In this document: piece by piece, positions 47,398-57,341 of the stretch | How the letters are laid out: every line of letters begins with the position of its first letter | Position numbering within the stretch: position 1 is the stretch's first letter | NCBI GenBank assembly: GCA_964542765.1 | Contig: CAZIVO010000005.1 | Location: 1,888 to 65,887 of the forward strand | Direction of reading: 5' to 3' | DNA: 64,000 nucleotides | Origin: an uncultured candidatus Brocadiaceae bacterium | GTDB taxonomy: Bacteria > Planctomycetota > UBA1135 > UBA2386 | Notes under the pieces: model-generated | Seen by the model: only the letters and a program-made list of their open reading frames with translations | What the model was told of the DNA's origin: nothing | Database searches by the model: none | Translations under genes and position numbers: made by a program

Positions 47398-49434
47398 TCA
47401 GAAGAAAAGGGGTAGCGCCAGGACGGAAGCGATCGACATCAGCTTGATGAGGATATTGATCGAGGGTCCGGCCGTGTCCTTGAAGGGATCGCCGACGGTA
47501 TCCCCGATGACAGTGGCCTTGTGGACCTCGGAGCCCTTGCCGCCATGGGCACCGCCCTCGACGAATTTTTTGGCATTGTCCCACGCGCCGCCGGCGTTTG
47601 CCATGAACAGAGCCATCAGGACGCCGGAGCCGAGGGCGCCGGCCAGCAGTCCGCCAACGGCCTGGGCGCCGAAGATGATGCCGACCAGGATGGGGGAGAG
47701 AATCGCCAGCAAGCCGGGAGCCACCATCTGGCGGAGTGCTCCCTGAGTCGAGATGAGGACGCAGCGTTCGTAGTCTGGTTCCTCGGTGCCTTCGAGCAGG
47801 CCCTTCTTCTCGCGGAATTGCCGGCGAACCTCCTCGACCATGTCATTGGCGGCGCTGCCGACAGCCTTCATCGCCATGGAAGAGAAGAGGAAGGGCAGCA
47901 TCGCGCCGATCAGCAGCCCCATGACCACGGTGGCGTTGGCGAGGTCCATGGCGAAGCTTCCGCTGCCTGCTTCCTCCGCGAGGATGACGGCAGCTAGTTG
48001 GTAGGTGTTGAACAGGGCCAGCGCGGTCAGGGCTGCCGAGCCGATGGCGAAGCCCTTGCCGATCGCTGCGGTGGTATTGCCGACGGCGTCGAGGGCGTCG
48101 GTGCGCTTGCGAACCTCCGGGTCGAGGCCTGCCATTTCCGCCAGTCCTCCGGCATTGTCGGCGACGGGCCCGTAGGCGTCGACACCCAGCGAGATTCCCA
48201 GGGTCGAGAGCATGCCGACAGCGGCGATACAGATCCCGTAGACCCCGGCGCAGTGATTGCACAGGAAGACGGTCAGCGCCAGCACCAGGATCGGTGCCCA
48301 GGTCGAGGCCATGCCGGTGGCCAGGCCCGAGATGATGTTGGTGGCGGGGCCGGTCTTGCTCTGATCGGCGATGCCCTGGGCGGGAGGGGCCTGATCCGAG
48401 GTGTAGTATTCGGTGATCTTGCCGATCACCACGCCTGCGGCGAGGCCGGCGACCATGCTGAGATAGACATTCCACTTGCCGTGTCCTTCAGGGGTCGGAT
48501 TCAGGAAGAAGAAGGTCACCACGGCCATCAGGCCGACCAGAAGCACCGACGCGGAGATCAACCCGTTGAACAGCGCTCCGTGCAGGTCCGACTCATCTTC
48601 TGCCTGCACCCGGAAGGTGCCGAAGATCGACGCAGCGATGCCGAGCGCGGCGAGGACGATCGGATAGGCCATGAGATCTACCACATCGCCGCCACCAGCG
48701 GCCCCCAACACGCCTCCCATCAAGACCGTGGCGATGATCGCACCGACGTAACTCTCGAAGAGGTCGGCACCCATACCGGCAACATCGCCGACATTGTCAC
48801 CGACATTGTCGGCGATGGTGGCAGGGTTGCGTGGATCGTCTTCGGGGATGCCGGCTTCGACCTTGCCGACGAGGTCGGCGCCAACATCGGCAGCCTTGGT
48901 GTAGATGCCGCCACCGACGCGTGCGAACAGGGCGATCGAAGAGGCGCCGAAGGAGAAGGCGAGGATGTCACGGACATGTTCGCCGTAGAGCAGCATCAAG
49001 GCACAAATGCCACCGAGGCCGAGGCCGACGACCGTCAACCCCATGACCGTGCCGGAGTTGAAGGCCACGGTCAGTGCCTGAGGCAGGGATGTCTTGGCGG
49101 CCTGTGTTGTCCGGACCGCTGCGCGCGTCGCGGTGTGCATGCCGAAGTAGCCCGCACCCGCTGACGAGGCGGCACCGAACAGGAAGGCTATCGCCTGACG
49201 CCAGCCGAAGGTTTCGTCCATGGCGAGCATGGCAACGAAGACTGCAGCGACGAAGACCGCGAGCCATCTGTATTCGGCGAACAAGAAGGCCTTGGCACCG
49301 TTCTGGATATGCCGGGCGATTTTTTGCATGGTCGCGTCGCCGGCGTCATTGCTCATGATCCGTATGTAGAGCGTGATTGCATAGGCGATCGACCCGATCG
49401 CGCAGCCAAGTCCGAGAAGGTTCCAGAACGTCAT
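47398..49434 (-). CDS. hppA: Membrane-integral pyrophosphatase, K+-dependent, probably Na+-translocating
   Basis: [61 protein letters not shown]. Confidence 0.95.
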   Translation of the reverse strand: MTFWNLLGLGCAIGSIAYAITLYIRIMSNDAGDATMQKIARHIQNGAKAFLFAEYRWLAVFVAAVFVAMLAMDETFGWRQAIAFLFGAASSAGAGYFGMHTATRAAVRTTQAAKTSLPQALTVAFNSGTVMGLTVVGLGLGGICALMLLYGEHVRDILAFSFGASSIALFARVGGGIYTKAADVGADLVGKVEAGIPEDDPRNPATIADNVGDNVGDVAGMGADLFESYVGAIIATVLMGGVLGAAGGGDVVDLMAYPIVLAALGIAASIFGTFRVQAEDESDLHGALFNGLISASVLLVGLMAVVTFFFLNPTPEGHGKWNVYLSMVAGLAAGVVIGKITEYYTSDQAPPAQGIADQSKTGPATNIISGLATGMASTWAPILVLALTVFLCNHCAGVYGICIAAVGMLSTLGISLGVDAYGPVADNAGGLAEMAGLDPEVRKRTDALDAVGNTTAAIGKGFAIGSAALTALALFNTYQLAAVILAEEAGSGSFAMDLANATVVMGLLIGAMLPFLFSSMAMKAVGSAANDMVEEVRRQFREKKGLLEGTEEPDYERCVLISTQGALRQMVAPGLLAILSPILVGIIFGAQAVGGLLAGALGSGVLMALFMANAGGAWDNAKKFVEGGAHGGKGSEVHKATVIGDTVGDPFKDTAGPSINILIKLMSIASVLALPLFF

Positions 49435-49578
49435 GATATTGGGGTCCGTCGATAGAGATCGGTTAGCGGTTCGAGGCGGTTTTCAAGGTGCCCCGCCAAT
49501 GGGTACGGCACCATAGCCACGGTTTAGCGTGGTGCCAAGGAAATGTGAGAGCACGGGCGCGTGCAGTATCCGAGTAGA

Positions 49579-50421
49579 TCAGTCGCGCAGGATGGCTCGA
49601 AGCAGGGTTTCTGTATTTGCGCCGGGATCGCGTTTGTATGCCTGGAGGACCTTGTTCCGGGCTTCCTTCTTGCTGTAGCCCAAGGCGATGAGGGCCGCGA
49701 TGGCATCTTCATGGCCGAGAGCTTCGGAGGAACTCTCGGCCTGAAGGGCGCCTGAGGACTTGTTCTCGGAGTTGGGCGATGGCTCGACGTAGGTTTCCGA
49801 GGGGCCTTCCGCCAGCAGCGCCTTGCGGCGGCGACGGCGGCGGAGCCAGTATGTGGTGATGACGATGATCCCGGCAGCGATCAGGGTGATCAGGAGGCCG
49901 CGTTCGAGTTTCTGCATCTGCTCGACCACCTCGTCGATGATGGACCCGAATTCCATCCCGACCCAAACAAACAAAGGCACCACGAGCAGGATGCCGAGCA
50001 GGTCAAGGGTGAGGAATCGTCGCCAGCGCATCTTCATGGTGCCGGCGGTGAAGTAGGCGACGATCCGCAGGCCGGGGAAGAATCGCGCGAAGAAGATCAC
50101 CAGATCCCCTCGCCGGCGGAACCATGTGTCGAAGGTGGCCAGGCGCTGATGGGTGATCAAAAGGCGAAAGGGCCTGAGACGCAGCAACCGGCTGCCGAAG
50201 ATTCGCCCGAGAGTGAAGGGGATCACGTCACCCGCGAGGATCGAGGCTGCACAGGTCGCCATCATCGGCAAGGGATCGGCAAGGTCCTTGAAGCAGATGT
50301 ATCCGGCAGAAATGGCCACGAGTTCTTCGGGCAGGGGGAACCCCAGACCGGCCAGGAGATAGATCGCCGCAACCCCCATGTAGGGATAGTTGGTGAAGAT
50401 CTCGACGAGCCAGTCGAACAT
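49579..50421 (-). CDS. DedA/VTT membrane protein with C-terminal RuvA domain III-like extension
   Basis: G.P.PEE, AGD, FFARFFPGLR..AG; tail DAIAALIALGYSKKEA...TETLLRAILR. Confidence 0.85.
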   Translation of the reverse strand: MFDWLVEIFTNYPYMGVAAIYLLAGLGFPLPEELVAISAGYICFKDLADPLPMMATCAASILAGDVIPFTLGRIFGSRLLRLRPFRLLITHQRLATFDTWFRRRGDLVIFFARFFPGLRIVAYFTAGTMKMRWRRFLTLDLLGILLVVPLFVWVGMEFGSIIDEVVEQMQKLERGLLITLIAAGIIVITTYWLRRRRRRKALLAEGPSETYVEPSPNSENKSSGALQAESSSEALGHEDAIAALIALGYSKKEARNKVLQAYKRDPGANTETLLRAILRD

Positions 50422-50426
50422 GATGC

Positions 50427-51206
50427 TTATTCGGGCAAGAAATGGGCGATGCCTGTGAGGAGCGGATCTGCTAACAGGTCGCCTTTCGTGATGCTGACGT
50501 CACCACCTAGATAGGCTTGAAGGCGCTCGAGCGCCGCGATATGTGGCGCTGCGAGTCCGGTGTTCTGGGTTGTCGCGAGCATCTCAAGGGCGCGGGAGAT
50601 GAACTCGTTGGCGCGAGAAACGTCGCCCGTGGCCAGGGCCGTGCCGACCAGTCGCTTCGCCAGGAAAGCCCGGCGGTCATGGAGAGATGCGGAGGGTTTG
50701 GCCTTCTCCGCGAGCTTCAGATAGACGTCTGCGAGCTCGCTCACTTCCATTCCGGTCCTGAGTCGAAGAGCTGTGGCCAGTTCCTTGTCCTGGTCTGCCC
50801 GCAGTTCGAGCAGCAGGGCCATGGCGATGCGGATCTCGTCCGTCTTTCGCGGGCAGATGGCGGCCGCTTCTTCGAGGAATTGCATCGCCGCCAGCAGGCG
50901 GTCGAGAGCTTGCTCGGTGTTGGGCGCCTTGCGTGATGCTTCGAGGGCCAGTTCGCTCGCAAAGAGAATGTGGCCGTCTGCCCACTGGGGGATGAAGCGC
51001 AGGAGGAACCTGCCGCGTTCCACCAGCTGGCCGGTGGTGCCGAACTGCCTTGCCGTTTCGAGGCCGGGCCACAGGAATGGCAGGAACAGGGGGCGGGTGA
51101 GGTTGCGGACCAGCGCTGTGGGTATGGGAGGCTGGGGGCGTGGGGTCAACGCGGCCCCGGCATAGCAAGCTATCCCCGCCATGAAATAGATCGCCCAGTG
51201 GATCAC
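50427..51206 (-). CDS. Hypothetical helical (TPR-like) protein with N-terminal anchor
   Basis: Hydrophobic N-terminus, Ala/Leu-rich helices; overlaps the upstream gene. Confidence 0.65.
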   Translation of the reverse strand: MIHWAIYFMAGIACYAGAALTPRPQPPIPTALVRNLTRPLFLPFLWPGLETARQFGTTGQLVERGRFLLRFIPQWADGHILFASELALEASRKAPNTEQALDRLLAAMQFLEEAAAICPRKTDEIRIAMALLLELRADQDKELATALRLRTGMEVSELADVYLKLAEKAKPSASLHDRRAFLAKRLVGTALATGDVSRANEFISRALEMLATTQNTGLAAPHIAALERLQAYLGGDVSITKGDLLADPLLTGIAHFLPE

Positions 51207-52243
51207 TGTTTATGCTCCGGAAGGAATCTCGCGACAAAGCCGAACAGAACCACGAGCAAAAAGGAAGGAACTCCCTCCAGGATCGTGTCGAGATAGCCCA
51301 ACCAGCGTCCTTCGGCGAATCCGGCAATGGCGCTGGAATGGGGTGTCAGGCCGAGCAGGGTCAGGAGCAGTAGCCCTGCGAGGCCGAGAATCGTCGATAC
51401 GCCTCGGGAGAGGTGCCGTCGACCCAGCCAGCAGCAGGCGAGGACCACCAGGAAGGGCCACAGGTAGCTGGCGGCTGCAACCATGGCATTGGGCAAGGGA
51501 GGGTGCGGGCTGGCTGCCACCCCCTCGACGGCCTCGGAGCCAAACGTCAGCAGGAGCCCGGAACCCGGCAACATCTCGATATCGAGGGTGCTGATGGACC
51601 GCGGTGGGAAGGTGATCTCGAGGTTTTCGCGACTGCCGGTGATGGCGACCGGCTGGCGAGTCAGGGGGTCGGCTCCGGCATGGACGAGGATTTGCGCGGG
51701 CTTGTATGAATTGCTCGCCAGGGCGGCCAGCGGTCGGAGTCGCAAGCTTTTGATCGGCTCATTGTCATCGCATTGCAGGCGTAGCCGTTTGGAGCCGTCG
51801 GGCCCCGGGGCCAGTTCCTGTCCTGATACCGGCGAGAAGTTCACGTGATCATGAGCGTTGATGGGGGGGAAACCGGCCAGCCCGAGAAGGAACTGGAAAG
51901 CGGTGGCCGTGACGATCAGGGCCAGGAGTAGTCCTGCCGCTGCGCCGGCAGCGGCGGCGAGGCAGCCATCGAGTGGCCCTGTTCGCAAGCGGCGGATCAT
52001 GGCAGCCCCGGGCTGATCGCGGCTGAACAGGGGCCAGTCCTTGAGCACCGTGATCAGCGCGACGGCCGAGAGGGTGAAGGCTGGTAGATGGAGCCACAAG
52101 CCCGCGATCAGGGCGGCACCTTCACCGGAGCCTTCCAGGGGAGGCTGGCTGTAGAGGCACCCCCAGGTGACGGGAAGCAACAAGATCAGTGGCAAGGCCA
52201 AGCCTCTCATCGTCATGCGCAGGCAAAGCAGCAGGGTTCTCAT
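51203..52243 (-). CDS. Hypothetical multi-TM protein, probable ABC permease-like partner
   Basis: Three TMs, extracytoplasmic domain, three TMs; 4-bp overlap with the ABC ATPase. Confidence 0.65.
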   Translation of the reverse strand: MRTLLLCLRMTMRGLALPLILLLPVTWGCLYSQPPLEGSGEGAALIAGLWLHLPAFTLSAVALITVLKDWPLFSRDQPGAAMIRRLRTGPLDGCLAAAAGAAAGLLLALIVTATAFQFLLGLAGFPPINAHDHVNFSPVSGQELAPGPDGSKRLRLQCDDNEPIKSLRLRPLAALASNSYKPAQILVHAGADPLTRQPVAITGSRENLEITFPPRSISTLDIEMLPGSGLLLTFGSEAVEGVAASPHPPLPNAMVAAASYLWPFLVVLACCWLGRRHLSRGVSTILGLAGLLLLTLLGLTPHSSAIAGFAEGRWLGYLDTILEGVPSFLLVVLFGFVARFLPEHKQ

Positions 52244-53109
52244 GGCCTGGCCTTCCTGAAGAGTGCGAAGAGATGTTCGCGTTCGCGCCCGATCTTCACT
52301 ATCTCGCCACCGGCGGCGGTCACGGCGGACTCGACCGTTGCCAGGCCTGCGTCATCAAGCCCGCGGATCACCAGCGAGCGGTCGCCAGTTCCGAGAAGGT
52401 CCTCGAGGGTTCCCTGGGCGTGGCATTGACCCTTGTCCAGGAGATAGATGCGGGTGCAGATCTGTTCCACCTCCTGGAGGTGATGTGAGGCCATGAGGAT
52501 GGCGCAGTTTCCCTCCTTCTGGAGTTCTTGCAGGAGATCCATGACGATCAGCGAGCCCTTCGGATCGAGTCCGGAGGTCGGTTCATCGAGGAGCAGGACC
52601 TTCGGCTCCGACAGGAGCGCGGCAGCCAGTGCCAGACGGCGCGTCATCCCTGTGCTGTAGGTGCCGATGGGTTGTCGCTTTGAAGGATCGAGGCCGAGGC
52701 GTTCCGCCCAGAGGTCGGCGCGGACGCGTGCCAGGGATCGTCGCATCCCGACAAGTTCGCCAAGATAGCTGAGAAACTCCATTGCCGAGAAGTCAGGGAA
52801 GGGCAGGGGGCCCTCGGCCTGATAGCCGACATCTCCGATCAGGGCGCGGTCGGTGGGGTGGTGGCCGAGAACCTTCACTTCACCAGCGTTCGGTCGCTGG
52901 CTCCCGGCCAGGATGTTCAGCAAGCTGGTCTTCCCGGACCCGTTCGGTCCGAGGATGCCGACAATTTCGCCCGGTGAGGCGGCGAGCTGGATTTTGTCCA
53001 ACGCGGTGACCGGGGGATGGCGGAACCATCCCCGATAGGTCAGGGACAGGGCTTCGGCAAGGATAAAGGCTTCCATCTCGTAGTCAGCATCCGGCATGTT
53101 ATCTTCCAA
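52240..53109 (-). CDS. ABC-2 type transporter ATP-binding protein
   Basis: GPNGSGKT, YSTGMTRR, LLDEPTSGLD, ASH. Start may be 53076. Confidence 0.9.
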   Translation of the reverse strand: MEDNMPDADYEMEAFILAEALSLTYRGWFRHPPVTALDKIQLAASPGEIVGILGPNGSGKTSLLNILAGSQRPNAGEVKVLGHHPTDRALIGDVGYQAEGPLPFPDFSAMEFLSYLGELVGMRRSLARVRADLWAERLGLDPSKRQPIGTYSTGMTRRLALAAALLSEPKVLLLDEPTSGLDPKGSLIVMDLLQELQKEGNCAILMASHHLQEVEQICTRIYLLDKGQCHAQGTLEDLLGTGDRSLVIRGLDDAGLATVESAVTAAGGEIVKIGREREHLFALFRKARP

Positions 53110-53132
53110 GACTCAGGTTTTCTCATGTCGTC

Positions 53133-53837
53133 ATGGGGCTGCTGACTGTGCAATTATTTTTTGAGATGCCCGATGGAGATCGCCAGGCTGTTCGGGATGG
53201 CCTGGTGCTGGGTCGCGTCAAGGGCTGCGATATTGTTCTCGACGATGCGAAAGTTTCGCGACGACATGCCCGGTTGGTCCTTCAGGGCGGGGTTGCGGAG
53301 ATCGAAGATCTCGACAGCAGCAATGGTACCAGGCTCAATGGCAAGGAGATCAGCCGGCGATTGCTGCGCGATGGGGACAGGATTCAGATCGGTTCTACCG
53401 ATATTATTTTCCGAGAACTGGAGGATGGGGCGGGTGGCATCGGCGAGGCCGATGTGCCCGGCCGGATCGAGATCCGAGAGCCCGCGCCCGACGCAGCTCC
53501 TCCCGAGGCCGCTCCGCCTCCGAGTGCGCCAGAGGCTCTTCCTCCAGCGGCGAAGGCGCCCGAGGTCGATCGGGTTGAGTTTGCCGATGAAGTGGTGGAA
53601 GTCCGGCACCGCGAGGTGCCTTCGGGCATGCCGCGCCCTGATGATGCTGCTCAACCCCGTGTCGACCGTGGAGTTCTCCAGTTCAGCAAGCACGCCAAGG
53701 CAAGCGACCAGGGTCGTGGCTTTCTGGGTGACGACATGGCGCAGATGTCGCCGGGGTTTCGATCAGGCCTGCTGATCGCAGCCCTGATCGCAGCGCTCGT
53801 GCTGGGCTATTTTGTGATGAAGTTTGTTTCCGGCTAG
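53133..53837 (+). CDS. FHA-domain protein with Pro-rich linker and C-terminal TM
   Basis: LGR...VSRRHA...DLDSSNGT.LNG...DGDRIQIG; C-terminal hydrophobic helix. Confidence 0.87.
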   Translation: MGLLTVQLFFEMPDGDRQAVRDGLVLGRVKGCDIVLDDAKVSRRHARLVLQGGVAEIEDLDSSNGTRLNGKEISRRLLRDGDRIQIGSTDIIFRELEDGAGGIGEADVPGRIEIREPAPDAAPPEAAPPPSAPEALPPAAKAPEVDRVEFADEVVEVRHREVPSGMPRPDDAAQPRVDRGVLQFSKHAKASDQGRGFLGDDMAQMSPGFRSGLLIAALIAALVLGYFVMKFVSG

Positions 53838-54934
53838 CCTCGGGCCGAGGCCTCGCGCCACAGGGAAACCAGCTCGCCGCCCGCTCGTTGCCAGGAAAAT
53901 TCTCGGGCTCGGGCGATCCGCCGGGCTCTGTCTTCGGGGCGGTCGGTTCCTTCGGCGAGGGAGGATAGCGCTGTCGCCCACGCGCTCGCCTGAGTGCCAG
54001 GAAGAACGACGCCCGCTTCGCCAACGACCTCCGGTAGCGCACCGCGATCGCTGACCAGCGTGGGCTTTCCTGCCGCGAGGGCTTCCAGTGGTGTCATCCC
54101 GAAACCTTCGTAGAGGGAAGGGGTCAAGACGGCGCTGGTTTCCTGGTAGAGATCGCGGAGTCGTTGTTCGGTCACGACACCCAGAAAGGAAACTCGTTCA
54201 CTGATTCCGAGATCAGCAGCATGCCCGCACAGCCAGTGGCTATCGCCGTGATCTGCGCCTGCGAGGAACAGTTGGTGCCGACTCGGGTGAGTTTTGGTGA
54301 ATTGGGCGAAGGCGGTGAGCAGGAGTTCCAGATTCTTGCGTGGTTCGAGATGCCCGACGTGCAGGAAGAAAGGCGGATCGGCAAGAGGCGGAGGATCCTC
54401 CCTGAAGAAGTCCTCATCTATTCCCGCCGGTATGACGCTGACGGTCGGCGCGATCCTTTTGAAGGATTCTCGCAGGTGCTTCGCCGTGAATTCGCTGGGC
54501 GAGATCAGCCGGTGAGCACGCGCCAAGGATCGGCGAAGGATACGCCGAGAGATCGTGCGTGGACGACGCCTGAAGTCTGTCAGATCGCGAAGATCGTGGA
54601 TGGTGAGGATGGCCGGGCAAGGCAGCCCCGCTGGTACCGGCAGAGAGGACAGGTCGAACACCGTTGCGCCGAGGGAGCGCAGGGCTGCCGGCAGGTGGCG
54701 TCGCTCCCGCCATGCCCGCCGCCAGGTCGGTTGTGCTGGAATGTCGATCGCCCGCAGGTCGATCTTGTCAGGAAGCGTCGGTGGAGATCCATCGGGAGAA
54801 TGGAGCAGGGTGAGGCGTTCGCCTTCCTGCAGGTGCGGACAGGCTGCTTCCAGAAGACCGAGAAGTCGTCGGCTGGCGCCAGACGGACGATCTTCGAGCA
54901 ACCAGCCAGCCACCACGGCGTGCATCGCAGTCAC
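53834..54934 (-). CDS. GT4 glycosyltransferase
   Basis: TIHDL, VGHLEPRKN, PSLYEGFGMTPLEA, FSW. Confidence 0.9.
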   Translation of the reverse strand: MTAMHAVVAGWLLEDRPSGASRRLLGLLEAACPHLQEGERLTLLHSPDGSPPTLPDKIDLRAIDIPAQPTWRRAWRERRHLPAALRSLGATVFDLSSLPVPAGLPCPAILTIHDLRDLTDFRRRPRTISRRILRRSLARAHRLISPSEFTAKHLRESFKRIAPTVSVIPAGIDEDFFREDPPPLADPPFFLHVGHLEPRKNLELLLTAFAQFTKTHPSRHQLFLAGADHGDSHWLCGHAADLGISERVSFLGVVTEQRLRDLYQETSAVLTPSLYEGFGMTPLEALAAGKPTLVSDRGALPEVVGEAGVVLPGTQASAWATALSSLAEGTDRPEDRARRIARAREFSWQRAGGELVSLWREASARG

Positions 54935-55938
54935 CCTGCCAGCCTCCTGTGGATGGTGAGCCAGGCCTCGGCGTTGTTCTCCACCGAGAAGGCCCGCGCT
55001 CGCTCGAGCCCGTTTCGGCGAAGAGTCTCCCGCAGTTCCATGTCTCGGTGGATGCGGCCGATCGCTGCTGCCATGTCGTCGAGGTCGAGCGGGTCAGCGT
55101 GCAGGGCCGCGCCCCCGGCGATCTCCTCGAGACTTCCGGTGCGGCTGCACAGGACCGGGGTTCCAGTGGCGAAGGCCTCGACAACGGGGAGGCCGAACCC
55201 ATCGAAGAGCGTCAGGTGCAAGAGGGCTCGGCAGGAGTGTAGTGCGCGGATCTTCTCATCTTCCTCCAGCCATTCGTGTCCCGGTCCGATGATGCGTAAC
55301 GATGGCAGGTCGTCGTCGTGCCTTCGGGCGAGTTCGTGGGCGCGACGAACACGTTCAAGGTTCTTGCGTGGCCGCTGATCTGCGAGAACCAGGAAGGGGC
55401 CACAGAGTTGCTCCGGACGAGCCGGAGTTTCGGGTTGTGGCACTCCGTGTGGAATGCAATGCAAACGAGGGGAAGCCTCTTTGCCGGCCCAACGCAGAAG
55501 GTCATCTCGGGTCCGCTGCGATGGGACGATCACGGCGGAAGCTTTCCTGGCGGCGCGTTGCACGGCCAGGCGATGACGCATCCGGCAACCGTCTTCGCGC
55601 AAGGGCACCGGCGACATCCAGGGGAGGTCATGGACCGTTGCCACGGTGGGGCAGGGGCACTGTCGCGGTAGTGCGGCAACGGGACTGTGGAGCAAGGCGG
55701 CGCCGATCTGCCCGAGGGTTTTTGCCAGCCTTCGCCGGCGCAGTGGTCCTGGCCGGGGTGCTGGCAAGATTTCAATTCCTTCGAACCGTGGCTCGTCGGC
55801 CCCTTCGGGGAGGAGGAGCACACATGTTCGTTCGGCTCGCGGCGCATAGTGTTCGAGCGAGGTCAAGAAGGAGCCGCCGACACCCGTCACCGGTCCATCG
55901 CCCAGGATCGTTCCGTCGAACACGATGGGAGCTTTCAC
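54931..55938 (-). CDS. GT4 glycosyltransferase (DGFG variant)
   Basis: TGVG, TVHDL, PRKN, LFDGFGLPVVEA. Confidence 0.85.
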   Translation of the reverse strand: MKAPIVFDGTILGDGPVTGVGGSFLTSLEHYAPRAERTCVLLLPEGADEPRFEGIEILPAPRPGPLRRRRLAKTLGQIGAALLHSPVAALPRQCPCPTVATVHDLPWMSPVPLREDGCRMRHRLAVQRAARKASAVIVPSQRTRDDLLRWAGKEASPRLHCIPHGVPQPETPARPEQLCGPFLVLADQRPRKNLERVRRAHELARRHDDDLPSLRIIGPGHEWLEEDEKIRALHSCRALLHLTLFDGFGLPVVEAFATGTPVLCSRTGSLEEIAGGAALHADPLDLDDMAAAIGRIHRDMELRETLRRNGLERARAFSVENNAEAWLTIHRRLAG

Positions 55939-57041
55939 AGGGGGCTCCCCGCAACCTCAGGAGCAAGGGCTTGCCGGTATGCCCTGGCGTAGCCGTTCGC
56001 GGTGTCTGCCCATGAGAATCGGGCTGCCCTCTGTCGACCTTTTTGTACCAGCTCCCTGCCGAGGTCTCGATCGTTCAGGACCGCACCGATCGATTGTGCG
56101 ATCTTTGCCGGTTCGTTTGCGACGCAGTAGTGAGCTGCCGTACCCAGCACTTCCCGCAAGGCCTCAGCATCGCCTGCGATAACGGGTGTCCCGAGAGCCA
56201 TCGCCTCGAGAGGAGGAAAGCCGAAACCTTCGAGGAGGGATGGGTAAACGAGTGCGCGTGCGTTTGCGATGTGAGCGTAGACCGTTGCATCATCGGCCTG
56301 CTGTAGCCAGCGAAGCCATCCCTGGCTCTGGGCTTTCCGCAGTGCGTCTACCGTTTCGTGGCATTCCCAACCGGGGCGACCGATCACGACCAGCAGTGGC
56401 CGGGGGTCCGGCAAGAGTTGCCACGCCTCGAGCAAGCGCTGGTGATTCTTGCGCGGTTCGATGGTGCCGACGCAGGTCACGAATGAGCGCTCAGGGATGG
56501 GGTTGGGTCCAGGCTGGGCTGGCACGTGATCCGATCCGAAGGGTACGACCACGAGCTTGCTCTCGGGCAGGCCGAGGAGCCGCTGTGCGGATTTCGCGGT
56601 GGCCCTCGTGGGTGTGACAATCAAGCGAGCTTGCTGCGCTGCACGGTGACACCGTTCCAGAAGGACAGCACTCTGCTCGGCACCGTGGTAGTTCTCGTCC
56701 TCGGCAAAAGCCAGATCGTGCAGGGTCAAGACCACGGAGCTACTGGCGATGGGCGGGTGGATGTAGTCTGTCCAGTGGAACACGGGTACCGAGGCGCATA
56801 ACCGTTCCGCGCCAAGCCCGAGCCGTGACAGTATTGGCAGGGAGCGGCCAGGGACGGGCCAGCGATGAAGGCGAGCTCCTGCCGGCACCGTGGCTGGCAC
56901 GCGCGCGCGCGCCATGCTGTGTGCGAAGAGTTGCGGCTCGATTTCACCCTTTGCTGCCAGGGCGCGAACCAGTTCGCGCACGGCGCGCCCGATGCCGGAT
57001 GTGGTGAGGACCGCAGGTCGATAATCAATGCCAACGCGCAT
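55935..57041 (-). CDS. GT4 glycosyltransferase
   Basis: MRVGIDYR...SGIGR, TLHDL, GTIEPRKN, YPSLLEGFGFPPLEA, FSW. Confidence 0.9.
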   Translation of the reverse strand: MRVGIDYRPAVLTTSGIGRAVRELVRALAAKGEIEPQLFAHSMARARVPATVPAGARLHRWPVPGRSLPILSRLGLGAERLCASVPVFHWTDYIHPPIASSSVVLTLHDLAFAEDENYHGAEQSAVLLERCHRAAQQARLIVTPTRATAKSAQRLLGLPESKLVVVPFGSDHVPAQPGPNPIPERSFVTCVGTIEPRKNHQRLLEAWQLLPDPRPLLVVIGRPGWECHETVDALRKAQSQGWLRWLQQADDATVYAHIANARALVYPSLLEGFGFPPLEAMALGTPVIAGDAEALREVLGTAAHYCVANEPAKIAQSIGAVLNDRDLGRELVQKGRQRAARFSWADTANGYARAYRQALAPEVAGSPL

Positions 57042-57341
57042 GGCCGCATGACAGTGATAACAGATGGAAGCCACAAGACGACGGGCCGATCGGCCGGGTT
57101 TGCTTCGACGGCTGTGATCACCCGATCCTGCGGCGTTTTCTGCGCATCCGGGGTGGGAGGGTGTCGCCCCGGCACGATGTCCCGGATCCGGCCCATGCTC
57201 CGGGGGTTTGGCGGTGATCGGGCATCTGGCTGGAGGGCAGGCCTATTTTGGTGCTCGAAAGGGCGATGTCATGGGACATCTGCTACCGCGATGTAACGAA
57301 TGCCTCCTGCCGGGATATGCTTCCTTGGGTTCTTCCAGCAC

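Noticed and set aside
49435..49578. Riboswitch upstream of hppA
   Set aside because: Only short (~7-bp) inverted repeats, expected at this GC; no consensus I recognise.
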